IMG/VR virus record: IMGVR_UViG_3300032303_000399 | Coordinates: 1-58,641 of that record | Source: a virus | Lineage: Duplodnaviria; Caudoviricetes | DNA length: 58,641 nt | Strand: one strand, 5' to 3' | Part shown: piece by piece, positions 19,190 to 28,306 of the stretch | Layout of the letters: each line of letters starts with the position of its first letter | Numbering within the stretch: position 1 is the first letter of the stretch | The notes under the pieces: model-generated | The model's input: the letters and a program-made list of their open reading frames with translations, nothing else | Told to the model about the DNA's origin: nothing | Database searches by the model: none | Made by a program: the position numbers and the translations under genes

Positions 19190-19876
19190 ATGAAGTTTTC
19201 TACACGCACAATCCAGATTCTACGTAACTTTGCGTCTATTCACCAAGCCCTGCATTTTAAGACAGGTAATGTGTTGAAGACTATGTCGGAGACTAAGTCT
19301 ATCCTCGCAAAAGCTACTATCGATACTGAAATTGAAAAGGCTTTCGCAATCTATGATGTGCCTAAGCTTCTAAGTGCAATTTCTATGTTCGAAGATCCAG
19401 AACTTATTCCGCATGATTCTTATGTAGAGATCGCACAGAATAACGAACGTATCGAGTATACATATTCCGAACCTTCTCTTATTAAGACTCCGCCTGAGAA
19501 GGAGATTGTGTTTCCAGAGCCAGACGTCTTGTTTGAACTAAAGAACGAAGATATTAATCGGGTTCTAAAGGGTATGGGTATTACAGGCGCAAACGCTGTC
19601 TGTATTACTGGAGAAAATGGTAAGATCTATCTGGAATCTAAGACTGTAGCACTCGGACCAAAGTCTAGTCAGGGCAATGCAACTGGTGCTCCGTCTTACC
19701 GTGCAGAAGTAGGTGACACAGATAAGAAGTTCTGTTTTATCTTTACAGCAGAAAACATTAAGTTGCTACCTGGTGACTACACTGTATCACTATCTAAGAA
19801 GGGCATTTCGCACTTTAAGGGAACTGATGTAGAGTATTGGATTTCTATGGAACAGACTTCTACTTTTGAAGGCTGA
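19190..19876 (+). CDS. 45: Sliding clamp gp45
   Basis: ILRNFASI, FAIYD, ENIKLLPGDY and YWISME; precedes gp44. Confidence 0.92.
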   Translation: MKFSTRTIQILRNFASIHQALHFKTGNVLKTMSETKSILAKATIDTEIEKAFAIYDVPKLLSAISMFEDPELIPHDSYVEIAQNNERIEYTYSEPSLIKTPPEKEIVFPEPDVLFELKNEDINRVLKGMGITGANAVCITGENGKIYLESKTVALGPKSSQGNATGAPSYRAEVGDTDKKFCFIFTAENIKLLPGDYTVSLSKKGISHFKGTDVEYWISMEQTSTFEG

Positions 19877-19890
19877 TTTTAATTGACTCT

Positions 19891-19955
19891 AGTTTACGGT
19901 CTGTGTAACATGTATATTATAACTATACAAATAGCACAGATCGTAAACTTTTTTT
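19891..19955 (+). terminator. Long imperfect hairpin plus T-run between gp45 and gp44, overlapping TTGACT-N17-TAACAT (19883-19911)
   Basis: AGTTTACGGTCTGTG pairs with CACAGATCGTAAACT; inner TGTATA pairs with TATACA; followed by a T-run. Confidence 0.6.
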
Positions 19956-19971
19956 GTGATGGAGATATATT

Positions 19972-20910
19972 ATGTTGGAAGAATTCCTTTGGGTAGAGAA
20001 GTATCGCCCGCAGACTATTGAAGATACAATTCTGCCACAGCAGCTAAAGGATACCTTTCAAGAGTTTGTTAATCAGGGAAATATCCCTAATCTGTTGCTA
20101 ACAGGCTCGGCTGGTTGTGGTAAGACTACAGTAGCACGTGCTATGTTGGAGCAGCTAGGCTGTGACTATATTATCATTAACGGCTCGATGAACGGTAACA
20201 TTGACACACTGCGTAACGAGATTATGCAGTTTGCTTCGTCTGTGTCTCTTATGGGCGGACGTAAGTATGTTATCCTTGATGAGGCTGACTATCTAAACGC
20301 TAACTCGACTCAGCCTGCTCTTCGTAACTTTATGGAAGAGTTTAGCCGTAACTGTGGTTTTATTCTTACTTGCAACTTTAAGAATCGTATTATTGAGCCT
20401 CTACATTCTCGGTGTTCGGTTGTAGAGTTTAAGATTAAAAAGAAAGATCTGCCTGAACTTGCTAAGCAGATGATGAAACGGCTATGTCATATTCTTGACT
20501 CTGAAGGTATTGAATACGACAAGGCAGTGGTCGCAGAACTTATTAAGAAGCACTATCCCGACTGGCGCCGTGTAATTAACGAGCTACAGCGCTACTCGTC
20601 TACAGGTAAGATTGACTCTGGTCTGCTTGCTAACTTAACAGAGACTACCTTTAAGCAAGCAATTACGTTTATGAAGGAACGTGACTATACTTCACTTCGT
20701 AAGTGGGTTGCTGAGAACATTGATACAGACTCGACCGCTATCTTCCGTCTACTGTACGATACCGCTTCGGTACATATTGATACTGGTTCTATTCCACTTT
20801 TGGTTATTATCCTAGCTAAATACCAATATCAGTCAGCCTTTGTTGCAGATCATGAAATTAATCTTGTAGCATGTTTGACAGAAATTATGGCAGACTGTAA
20901 GTTCCTATGA
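19972..20910 (+). CDS. 44: Clamp loader large subunit gp44
   Basis: LWVEKYRP, GCGKTT, ILDEAD and SRC motifs. Confidence 0.97.
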   Translation: MLEEFLWVEKYRPQTIEDTILPQQLKDTFQEFVNQGNIPNLLLTGSAGCGKTTVARAMLEQLGCDYIIINGSMNGNIDTLRNEIMQFASSVSLMGGRKYVILDEADYLNANSTQPALRNFMEEFSRNCGFILTCNFKNRIIEPLHSRCSVVEFKIKKKDLPELAKQMMKRLCHILDSEGIEYDKAVVAELIKKHYPDWRRVINELQRYSSTGKIDSGLLANLTETTFKQAITFMKERDYTSLRKWVAENIDTDSTAIFRLLYDTASVHIDTGSIPLLVIILAKYQYQSAFVADHEINLVACLTEIMADCKFL

Positions 20911-21101
20911 GCTGGTGGAAACGCAGAAAATGCGCTTCCTGTAAGAAAGTTCTAAAGGAAAAAAACGGCATCCATGATCTAAGACTACAAACTGCGGAAG
21001 GTCTAGTTGAGCTAGAAATCTGTGGGGAATGTTCTGAGTTCTGGGACAAGTCTGCTGAGGTATTGAGTACAGGGAAAAAACTAAATGAGCAATCCGTTTG
21101 A
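20907..21101 (+). CDS. Small zinc-ribbon hypothetical protein
   Basis: CASC...CGEC; overlaps both neighbours. Confidence 0.6.
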   Translation: MSWWKRRKCASCKKVLKEKNGIHDLRLQTAEGLVELEICGECSEFWDKSAEVLSTGKKLNEQSV

Positions 21102-21477
21102 TTATGTAAATGCAGTGAACTTCACTAAGAAGGACATGATGACCGATACAGACAACGACGAGTTGGCTGAAAAGAGTTATGTGCCTTTTATGACTAATCG
21201 TTCGTTATCGTACTTTGTAGACACTATACAGTATGCTAATGAGATGAATATGAACCACCACTTGGATAACAAACTTCAGTTTCATTATCTACTAAATAGT
21301 GTACGCCCTAAAAAGAGGTTTTCGAAATGGGTGAAGAAACAGTCAGATAGTGATATTGAAGTTATTAAAGAGTACTACAAATACAACACTGTGAAAGCAG
21401 CAGCAGCCTTAGAACTACTGACACCTGAACAACTAATAATAATAAAGAAAAGATTATATACAGGTGGTACAACATGA
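21085..21477 (+). CDS. 62: Clamp loader small subunit gp62
   Basis: YVPFMTNRSLSY, ANEMN, KKRFSKW and IKEYY. Confidence 0.92.
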   Translation: MSNPFDYVNAVNFTKKDMMTDTDNDELAEKSYVPFMTNRSLSYFVDTIQYANEMNMNHHLDNKLQFHYLLNSVRPKKRFSKWVKKQSDSDIEVIKEYYKYNTVKAAAALELLTPEQLIIIKKRLYTGGTT

Positions 21478-21869
21478 GCGTTTTAGAAACTCTATTAGAA
21501 ATTAAATTGGGCGAGGAAGATGATTTCCTAAAAGTCCGCGAAACATTAACACGCATCGGTGTTGCTTCACGCAAAGACAAGACACTATATCAATCTTGTC
21601 ACATCTTACACAAACAGGGTAAGTTTTACATCGTACACTTTAAAGAGATGTTTGCTCTAGATGGCAAGCCTTTTACTTTCTCTGAAGAAGATAAAGGTCG
21701 TCGTAATACTATTGCTAAGCTCCTAGAAGACTGGGGACTGATTAAGATTGTTGACGAAAACCAAGCAGCTAATCCGCGTGCTACATTAAATCAGATTAAG
21801 ATTCTACCTCATAAGGAAAAGGATCAGTGGACGCTAGTTGCAAAATATAATATCGGAAAGAAGAAGTAA
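21474..21869 (+). CDS. regA: Translational repressor RegA
   Basis: DFLKVRETLTRIGVAS and LYQSCHILHKQGKFYIVHFKE. Confidence 0.97.
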   Translation: MSVLETLLEIKLGEEDDFLKVRETLTRIGVASRKDKTLYQSCHILHKQGKFYIVHFKEMFALDGKPFTFSEEDKGRRNTIAKLLEDWGLIKIVDENQAANPRATLNQIKILPHKEKDQWTLVAKYNIGKKK

Positions 21870-21870
21870 G

Positions 21871-22509
21871 ATGCAGACTTTCAAAGATTTCATCTCAGAA
21901 GCATTAGATCCACACTCTAAGACATATCATGCTTTTGACATTGATGAAACTTTGTTTGCACATGACCACGATAAACTTAAAGTGCATTTAAAAGATAAGA
22001 AGACTGGACAGCGTGTAGGTTCTTTAAATAACCAAGAGTTTAATACACACGAGTTAAAACCAGAACATGAATATGATTTTAGCGAGTTTAAGTCTTCTAA
22101 GACTTTTCAACAATCAGCAAAACCTATTCGTAAAATGCTTGCGAAGATGAAAGCTATTCATAAGAATAATAAGAATGTTGAAATGGTCACTGCTCGTCAA
22201 GATTTCGACGATAAAGATGCGTTTGGCAAACATTTTAAAAAGTATGGTGTTGATATTAATCAAGTTCACGTCCGCCGTGCTGGTAACGTAGATCCTGTTG
22301 GACCTCCGGGACCTAATAAAGCAAAAGTTATTTCTGATCAGATTAAAAAGAATGGGTATAAAAAAGTCCATTTATATGACGATTCGCAGTCTAATCTAGA
22401 CCATTTTCTCGCATTGAAGAAAGCACATCCAGACGTTGAGTTCCATGCTCACTTAGTTCATCACGACCCTGATACAGGCAGTGTCAAAATTAAAACGACC
22501 AAACTATAA
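21871..22509 (+). CDS. HAD-family phosphatase-like protein with a capsid-targeting N-terminus
   Basis: MQTFKDFISE N-terminus; HAD motifs FDIDETL, VTAR, K and YDDS..NL. Confidence 0.75.
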   Translation: MQTFKDFISEALDPHSKTYHAFDIDETLFAHDHDKLKVHLKDKKTGQRVGSLNNQEFNTHELKPEHEYDFSEFKSSKTFQQSAKPIRKMLAKMKAIHKNNKNVEMVTARQDFDDKDAFGKHFKKYGVDINQVHVRRAGNVDPVGPPGPNKAKVISDQIKKNGYKKVHLYDDSQSNLDHFLALKKAHPDVEFHAHLVHHDPDTGSVKIKTTKL

Positions 22510-22516
22510 TAAGGGG

Positions 22517-22545
22517 TTGACATTTTTTTCTCCATCAACTATATT
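22517..22545 (+). promoter_or_regulatory. sigma70-type early promoter
   Basis: TTGACA-N17-TATATT. Confidence 0.65.
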
Positions 22546-22557
22546 AAAAATTGGACA

Positions 22558-22764
22558 TTGGACATATATAAGTTGATGATGGAGAATGATATGGATATTC
22601 GTGTTTTTGATCTTCCTACTCGCGATGATGATCCAACTACTATTGAACGTTGTCTGCGTGAACTGGAAAATAAAGCTCGCTACGGTGTGAAGCTTGATGA
22701 AATTGAAATTGATTGGATGGATACAGCTAATACATGGCTGATTGCAGAATGGAGTAAAGTATGA
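22558..22764 (+). CDS. Hypothetical protein (true start probably ATG 22591)
   Basis: GGAG upstream of 22591; downstream of a promoter. Confidence 0.6.
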   Translation: MDIYKLMMENDMDIRVFDLPTRDDDPTTIERCLRELENKARYGVKLDEIEIDWMDTANTWLIAEWSKV

Positions 22765-22844
22765 TGACGACATCTCTTGATAATGATAAAATCGTTGATT
22801 TTAACTATAATAGACAAACTACTATCACTGAAGGTGGTGTCTCT

Positions 22845-23000
22845 ATGACCCAACCTAAGCAAGTTAAAGGTGGTACATTCGCTCCTGCTGACATTGAATT
22901 GATTAAGAACGCATTAAATTATTATTTGCGACTTTATCTGAGCAATGACGAAGAGCGTCAAATTGCCAATCTCCTTCACCGGTTGAATCGAATCGGATAA
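22845..23000 (+). CDS. Hypothetical protein
   Basis: AAGGTGG RBS then ATG 22845. Confidence 0.6.
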   Translation: MTQPKQVKGGTFAPADIELIKNALNYYLRLYLSNDEERQIANLLHRLNRIG

Positions 23001-23010
23001 ATAATTTCAT

Positions 23011-23087
23011 GCGCCGTTAGCTCAGCTGGATAGAGTCCATGCCTTCTAAGCATGTTGTCGGGGGTTCGAATCCCTCACGGCGTACCA
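23011..23087 (+). tRNA. tRNA-Arg(TCT)
   Basis: Cloverleaf: acceptor GCGCCGT/ACGGCGT, anticodon arm CATGC-CTTCTAA-GCATG, GGTTCGAATCC, encoded CCA. Confidence 0.95.
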
Positions 23088-23106
23088 TTTTCTAAAAGGA
23101 TATATT

Positions 23107-23691
23107 ATGAATACTTCTATTGGAATTCTAGGGTCAACCGAAGAATATAATGAGTTGAATTATCTACCTAAGGTAGTACCTTCTGCTATTTTTAAGACTC
23201 GTGTACGCGATTATTATTCAAATGATGTAAATCCGTATCGCTGGGAAGATGTAACCACGTTTGACCTCTTTGCAGGTAAGCGTGTTGTTCTGTTCTCTCT
23301 TCCTGGTGCATTCACTCCTACTTGCGATACATATCAACTTCCTGGTTTTGAAGAGAAGTATGCAGAGTTTAAGGCCTTAGGTATCAATGATATCTATTGC
23401 GTATCAGTGAACGATACCTTCGTAATGAATGCCTGGGCTAAGGCTCAGAATCTCAAGAAGGTTAAGGTCATTCCTGATGGGAATGCAGATTTTACTCGTT
23501 CTATGGGTATGGAAGTTGCTAAACAGAATCTTGGTTTCGGTTATCGTTCATGGCGCTATGCTGTAGTGGTTAATAATGGTAAGATCGAAAAGTGGTTTAT
23601 CGAACCTGGCAAGAGATATGATGCAGAAGAAGATCCATACGGCGAAACAACGCCTGAGAACATTCTTAACTGGCTAAAAGAAAACTCTTAA
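23107..23691 (+). CDS. Peroxiredoxin (Prx5/redoxin family)
   Basis: FSLPGAFTPTC, SVNDTFVMNAW, PDGNADF and RSWRYA. Confidence 0.93.
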   Translation: MNTSIGILGSTEEYNELNYLPKVVPSAIFKTRVRDYYSNDVNPYRWEDVTTFDLFAGKRVVLFSLPGAFTPTCDTYQLPGFEEKYAEFKALGINDIYCVSVNDTFVMNAWAKAQNLKKVKVIPDGNADFTRSMGMEVAKQNLGFGYRSWRYAVVVNNGKIEKWFIEPGKRYDAEEDPYGETTPENILNWLKENS

Positions 23692-23698
23692 TATATAC

Positions 23699-23773
23699 AC
23701 TCCTGTAGCTTAAAGGTGAAGCCAGCCGCTCATAACGGCTTGAGTGTGGGTTCGAGTCCTACCGGGAGTACCA
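23699..23773 (+). tRNA. tRNA with CAT anticodon, probably Ile2 (lysidine type) rather than Met
   Basis: Acceptor ACTCCTG/CGGGAGT, anticodon arm AGCCG-CTCATAA-CGGCT, GGTTCGAGTCC, CCA; resembles bacterial Ile2. Confidence 0.88.
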
Positions 23774-23794
23774 TTTTTAATATAAGGAAATATT

Positions 23795-25159
23795 ATGATT
23801 GTAGATTCTTTTCTTTTTTATAATGAATATGATATTCTAGAGGGAAGGCTTGAGTATCTATATGATAAAGTTGATTTCTTTGTTATTGTAGAGTCTAATC
23901 TAACATTTAGCGGTAAACCTAAACCGCTTAATTTTTTAAATAATATGTCTAGATACAATCAATATCTAGATAAAATCTTTTATTATCCTTTATATCTTAA
24001 TAGAGAAGATTTTTCTAAAAATGAAAAGGATTGGTTGGTTGAAGAATCCGATCTAGCACCTCGCTGGGACTCTCCTACGTGGCAGGTGGAATATGCTACG
24101 AGGAATTATATTAAAGAAGCTTTAAAATTCTTTAATCCAGATACAATAGTTCTTATGAGCGATGTAGATGAGATTCCTAGAAAGAATGCTATCGATACTG
24201 CAATAACAGAAATTAACTCTTTGACAAGTGACATATGTAGGTTAGGTAATCACTTGTTTTACTATAATTTTTGCCAGAGAGAAGCTTCCCTTTGGTCTGG
24301 TACCATTATTTGCAGAAACTCCTTTTTACAGGAGAAAGGCCCACAAACATTAAAGCATTGGGGATGGGGAGATCTATCTTTTTTGATGCCTGAAGGTGGC
24401 TATCACCTATCTTATTGGGGAGATGTTGATAGTGTATCATCAAAGATAGAAGCTGGTGCACATCAAGAGCTAAACAAACAACAATTTACGGATAAATCTA
24501 ATATTGAAAAAAGAATACAAGAAGGTTTAGATCCGTTTGATAGACAGACACTGATACGCGCAGATCCAAGAGAGATAGATCCCGAAATTTGGAACGTGTT
24601 CTCTAAGTATAATAAGGGTAAAATAAATCATTATTATGAAAACGTTGAAGGGTGGTTCTCTCCTGATGACGCACAATGTTATAAAAAAGTAATAGAGGAA
24701 TATGCAAATAGCCAAGAGAAATTGCATTTTGTAGAGATCGGTAGTTACAAGGGTCGTAGTGCGTCATTTTTGGCAGTAGAGATTGCTAATTCTAATCTGG
24801 ATGTTAAGTTTGATTGTGTTGATATATGGGAACCGAATACACAATACGAAGATTTAGACTACAATACCTTTATAAACAATATGCGGCCTGTTGAAAATCA
24901 TTACAATGCTATTCGGCTACCTTCATTAGAAGCCTGTGCCTTGTATACAGATAATTCTCTTGATATGGTTTTTATTGACGCTTTGCATCATGATTATAAG
25001 TCTGTTAAAGCAGACTTAATTCACTGGTATGCTAAAGTCAAACCAGGGGGTATTATTGCAGGTCATGACTTCGTGTATCCCGATGTTAATAGAGCAGTGC
25101 AGGAAGTCTTAGGGGATGTCCTTCGGATCGGCAACTGCTATTATTATATTAAACAATAA
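23795..25159 (+). CDS. GT17-like glycosyltransferase fused to a class I SAM methyltransferase
   Basis: N-half: FYNEYDILEGRL, VES..TFSG..KP, SDVDEIP, GYHLSY; C-half: VEIGSYKGRS, FIDALH, GGIIAGHD. Confidence 0.85.
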   Translation: MIVDSFLFYNEYDILEGRLEYLYDKVDFFVIVESNLTFSGKPKPLNFLNNMSRYNQYLDKIFYYPLYLNREDFSKNEKDWLVEESDLAPRWDSPTWQVEYATRNYIKEALKFFNPDTIVLMSDVDEIPRKNAIDTAITEINSLTSDICRLGNHLFYYNFCQREASLWSGTIICRNSFLQEKGPQTLKHWGWGDLSFLMPEGGYHLSYWGDVDSVSSKIEAGAHQELNKQQFTDKSNIEKRIQEGLDPFDRQTLIRADPREIDPEIWNVFSKYNKGKINHYYENVEGWFSPDDAQCYKKVIEEYANSQEKLHFVEIGSYKGRSASFLAVEIANSNLDVKFDCVDIWEPNTQYEDLDYNTFINNMRPVENHYNAIRLPSLEACALYTDNSLDMVFIDALHHDYKSVKADLIHWYAKVKPGGIIAGHDFVYPDVNRAVQEVLGDVLRIGNCYYYIKQ

Positions 25160-25181
25160 AACATATTAAAGGAAATATAAA

Positions 25182-25709
25182 ATGAGCCCTAAAGAATTTT
25201 TAGAAGAACAATATCGTAATGCTGCTGTCGGACCGTCTGATATTCATGAGCATTTGCCCGTATTGCGTAACTTAGCAGAACGTTGTCAAACAGTGATCGA
25301 ACTAGGTGTACGAGACGGGCAGTCTACCCGCGCATTACTAGTAACACCTGTACAGTTACGTTCATACGATATCGAATTGGATACTAATGTAGAGAATTTG
25401 TTTGAAATCTCTAGAATAGCCGGTAACGATCATGTATATATCGAAGCGGACGATCTCAAGATCGAACTTCCTGAAGTAGATATGATTTTTATTGACACAG
25501 ATCATACATACGAGCAACTCTCTGAGGAATTGCGTCTACATGGTAATAAAGCTCAAAAGTATTTGGCGTTTCATGACACGGGAGAGCCTTATGTGAATGC
25601 GCTATTGCCTGCTATTATGGAATTTCTTGCTCGGAATCCACACTGGCGCGTATGTTATCATACCCGGAATTGTCACGGCTTTACTGTGCTGGAGCGACAT
25701 CATGGATAA
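25182..25709 (+). CDS. Class I SAM-dependent methyltransferase (Methyltransf_24-like)
   Basis: ELGVRDGQST, FIDTDH and FHDT. Confidence 0.8.
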   Translation: MSPKEFLEEQYRNAAVGPSDIHEHLPVLRNLAERCQTVIELGVRDGQSTRALLVTPVQLRSYDIELDTNVENLFEISRIAGNDHVYIEADDLKIELPEVDMIFIDTDHTYEQLSEELRLHGNKAQKYLAFHDTGEPYVNALLPAIMEFLARNPHWRVCYHTRNCHGFTVLERHHG

Positions 25710-25863
25710 AGATAAGCTTAAAGCAGAATCAAAGAAGTGGGGAAAGCGAGCTGCTTTCTTTGCCGTGTTTGGTGTTACTGGTGCCGCAGCTCTGCTTGCC
25801 TACAACACTTATCGTATATCTAAAGGTCTTGACGAGATCGATTGGGAAAATCTCAAGCTGTGA
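25702..25863 (+). CDS. Small single-TM hypothetical protein
   Basis: GGAG RBS; FFAVFGVTGAAALLAY hydrophobic segment. Confidence 0.6.
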   Translation: MDKDKLKAESKKWGKRAAFFAVFGVTGAAALLAYNTYRISKGLDEIDWENLKL

Positions 25864-26186
25864 TTAGCTTATTTCTATCTCTTCTCCTTGTTCATTTCTT
25901 AATGGATTATCCTCTACAAGGGGATTTTCTTGCTAAGGCAAAGAATAGAGCCAATCCTATCCCGCATGTACCTTGGTACCAGGCTATGGCAGCTCATAGT
26001 TTAATGCACGGTATTGCTGTTGGTTTTATTACTGGTATTCCTCTCTTTGCTATCCTAGAGACGGCTATTCATTGGTGGACAGATGATGCTAAGTGTCGTG
26101 GAGAGTTGACTTATAACCAGGATCAGGCTATACATATCATTTGTAAGGTCGTTTGGACCATTGGAACAGTTTGGATTTTATCATGA
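25860..26186 (+). CDS. DUF3307-like membrane protein
   Basis: HFLMDYPLQ, HWWTD..K and DQAIH. Confidence 0.75.
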   Translation: MISLFLSLLLVHFLMDYPLQGDFLAKAKNRANPIPHVPWYQAMAAHSLMHGIAVGFITGIPLFAILETAIHWWTDDAKCRGELTYNQDQAIHIICKVVWTIGTVWILS

Positions 26187-26863
26187 AAGTAAATATTAGA
26201 CCATATCGTTACGATCTAATCCCTATAGGACGCTGGGAAGGTGCTTACGAACGCATGCGTGGTTCCAATGGGTTGTATCTCCTAGAGGAAGATTACACAT
26301 GGTACGACAAGATTATTATGGGATTTTTCGATAAGCTGAACGACCTTGTTCGCCCTCTTAATATGTGGCATTGCGATCGAAAGCGTGTAGAAAAAGTCCA
26401 TGTGGATGACTATGATGTTTGGAGTGCTGATCATACTCTTGCTCTAATCATTTATCCTGTTCTTGTAAGGCTCAAAGAGAAGAAGCATGGGTCGCCTTGC
26501 GTGGATAATGAAGACGTTCCAGAACATCTAAGTTCAACAGTTGCTCCACCAAAACAAAACGAGTGGGATACCGATGATAATCATCATGCCCGCTGGGATT
26601 GGGTGCTTGACGAAATGATCTGGGCATTTAAGCAGCATATGGATCCTGACTGTAATGATAATCAATTCCATTATAATTCTGATCAGATTGATATGACTTT
26701 TGAAAACGATGGTAGTGGTAAGAAGGTTGTCAAATTTAACCACCAAAAGGATCCTACCAAGCCCCCGTATTATATTGATGAAGAAGGTAAGAAAGCACAT
26801 TACGAGCGAATCGCAAATGGTCGCCGTCTCTTCGCAAAATACTATCAGGGGCTCTGGGATTAA
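26183..26863 (+). CDS. Conserved phage hypothetical protein
   Basis: Long ORF with DVWSADHTLA, WDWVLDEMIWAF and LFAKYYQGLWD. Confidence 0.75.
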   Translation: MKVNIRPYRYDLIPIGRWEGAYERMRGSNGLYLLEEDYTWYDKIIMGFFDKLNDLVRPLNMWHCDRKRVEKVHVDDYDVWSADHTLALIIYPVLVRLKEKKHGSPCVDNEDVPEHLSSTVAPPKQNEWDTDDNHHARWDWVLDEMIWAFKQHMDPDCNDNQFHYNSDQIDMTFENDGSGKKVVKFNHQKDPTKPPYYIDEEGKKAHYERIANGRRLFAKYYQGLWD

Positions 26864-26891
26864 TTTACCATAGCTGTTCGCGGCTTTGGAT

Positions 26892-26921
26892 AGGCCCCTG
26901 GGGAAACCTGGGGGCTTTTTT
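26892..26921 (+). terminator. Rho-independent terminator
   Basis: GCCCCTGGG-GAAA-CCTGGGGGC followed by TTTTTT. Confidence 0.85.
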
Positions 26922-26932
26922 GCTTTTAGGGG

Positions 26933-26992
26933 TTGACATATTTTAAAAAGAAAGGTATTGTTAATTATAAGTTGGAAAGAAGGAAGTTAGAG
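26933..26992 (+). promoter_or_regulatory. Repeated early promoter-RBS cassette, copy 1 (type A)
   Basis: TTGACA-N17-TATTGT-TAATTATAAGTTGGAAAGAAGGAAG. Confidence 0.85.
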
Positions 26993-27202
26993 ATGGAAGT
27001 TACTGTTAACATGTGTGGTGGAGCTTTTACGCTCGAGACTGGGTATCCTTGGACAGCCGGTCTTTCGCCTTCTCGACATAAAGAAGAATTTAACCTCCGC
27101 CATGAAAATGGTCGTTGGCACTTTGATATGAACGGTAAGTCGTACTCTGCTAAGCAGGTATCTCCGCACATTAAAGATGTTCGGACTATCCGTACATATT
27201 AA
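26993..27202 (+). CDS. Early hypothetical protein
   Basis: ATG right after the cassette RBS. Confidence 0.7.
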   Translation: MEVTVNMCGGAFTLETGYPWTAGLSPSRHKEEFNLRHENGRWHFDMNGKSYSAKQVSPHIKDVRTIRTY

Positions 27203-27205
27203 TGG

Positions 27206-27265
27206 TTGACTTTTTCTAAAAATAAGTCTATATTAAATTATAAGATGAAGAGAAGGAAGTTTGTG
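27206..27265 (+). promoter_or_regulatory. Repeated early promoter-RBS cassette, copy 2 (type B)
   Basis: TTGACT-N17-TATATT-AAATTATAAGATGAAGAGAAGGAAG. Confidence 0.85.
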
Positions 27266-27598
27266 ATGGAAAACACTTATTGGAACCGCAAAGGTGCTCA
27301 TGAGAATCTTGTTGCAGCGTTGAACATGCGGATCCCTGTTATGGGCGAGATTGCAGGATCTAAGAACCGTAAGCTAGAGAAGTTCCGTAAGGCCTCTAAT
27401 GCTTACTACGACATCTTTAACAACGGTGGTTGCAATCGTATGCAGTCAATCTCTAAAATCTTCGGCACCGATGCAACATGTCATCTTCGCTATCGCGTAT
27501 CTTATCGCAGCCCTGATTGGGATGCTATCTCTGAGGTTGTAGAACCAAAGATGGATGCGATCATCCTGGATGCTGCAAAGGAGCAGGGTCTCCTCTAA
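27266..27598 (+). CDS. Early hypothetical protein
   Basis: ATG after the cassette; YWN..G and YYDIFNNG motifs. Confidence 0.75.
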   Translation: MENTYWNRKGAHENLVAALNMRIPVMGEIAGSKNRKLEKFRKASNAYYDIFNNGGCNRMQSISKIFGTDATCHLRYRVSYRSPDWDAISEVVEPKMDAIILDAAKEQGLL

Positions 27599-27599
27599 T

Positions 27600-28031
27600 A
27601 TGATTGATTTTAAACCAGAACTTACACCGGAACAAATGCTTCTACATGGTGTATTTGGAGGTTCATATTTTGAAAAGGCAACAGAAGAAGATTTTCTTCT
27701 AATGCGTCCATCTATCGTCGAACTAGCTATACAAAACCGTGGTAAATATAACAAAGATAAAAACTTGTATAAAGTTAAAGCGGGTTTAAATTACGATAAG
27801 TGGATGCAGAATGGTTGGATCTTTGATGAAGATCCCCTTGGATGGTTCCATTGGTATTGCAGATATGATAGTGGCAGACGACATGTGTGTGACCAGCATC
27901 AGATTAATCGGTATCAAAACTATATGAAACGCTGGGGATTAACTGCAAGCAAACAGAAGCGGGAAAAAACTGATGCTTCCCCCGTTATAAAGCAAGGGCT
28001 TTTACAGTGGGGTATTTTTACCATAAAATAA
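27600..28031 (+). CDS. Conserved hypothetical protein
   Basis: FKPELTPEQML..GVFGGSYF and DPLGWFHWYCRY..GRR pattern. Confidence 0.7.
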   Translation: MIDFKPELTPEQMLLHGVFGGSYFEKATEEDFLLMRPSIVELAIQNRGKYNKDKNLYKVKAGLNYDKWMQNGWIFDEDPLGWFHWYCRYDSGRRHVCDQHQINRYQNYMKRWGLTASKQKREKTDASPVIKQGLLQWGIFTIK

Positions 28032-28034
28032 CGG

Positions 28035-28094
28035 TTGACATATTTTAAAAAGATCTGTATTGTTAATTATAAGTTGGAAAGAAGGAAGTTTGTT
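28035..28094 (+). promoter_or_regulatory. Repeated early promoter-RBS cassette, copy 3 (type A)
   Basis: Near-identical to copy 1. Confidence 0.85.
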
Positions 28095-28295
28095 ATGGCA
28101 TTTGATGATTTTGATATTATGTACGATACATCCGATGATTTGGTAGCTCTCCATATGGAATATATTCTGGAGAACTGTCACGGTGATCGTATTATCTGTA
28201 ATGGAGATATGTTGATCGAAGCACAGGAAGATGGATACCTGTATAACGAGTTTCGTGACCATTATATTGAACAGTATGTAATGGTTAATTGTTGA
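28095..28295 (+). CDS. Early acidic hypothetical protein
   Basis: ATG after the cassette. Confidence 0.7.
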   Translation: MAFDDFDIMYDTSDDLVALHMEYILENCHGDRIICNGDMLIEAQEDGYLYNEFRDHYIEQYVMVNC

Positions 28296-28306
28296 AAAGA
28301 GAGAAA

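Noticed and set aside
26933-26992. ORF-track starts at TTG 26933, 27206, 28035 and 46750 giving a shared MT(Y/F)FK(K/N)K...NYK..RRK N-terminal peptide
   Set aside because: The TTG is the -35 box of the repeated promoter; the real ATGs follow the AAGGA RBS 60 nt downstream.
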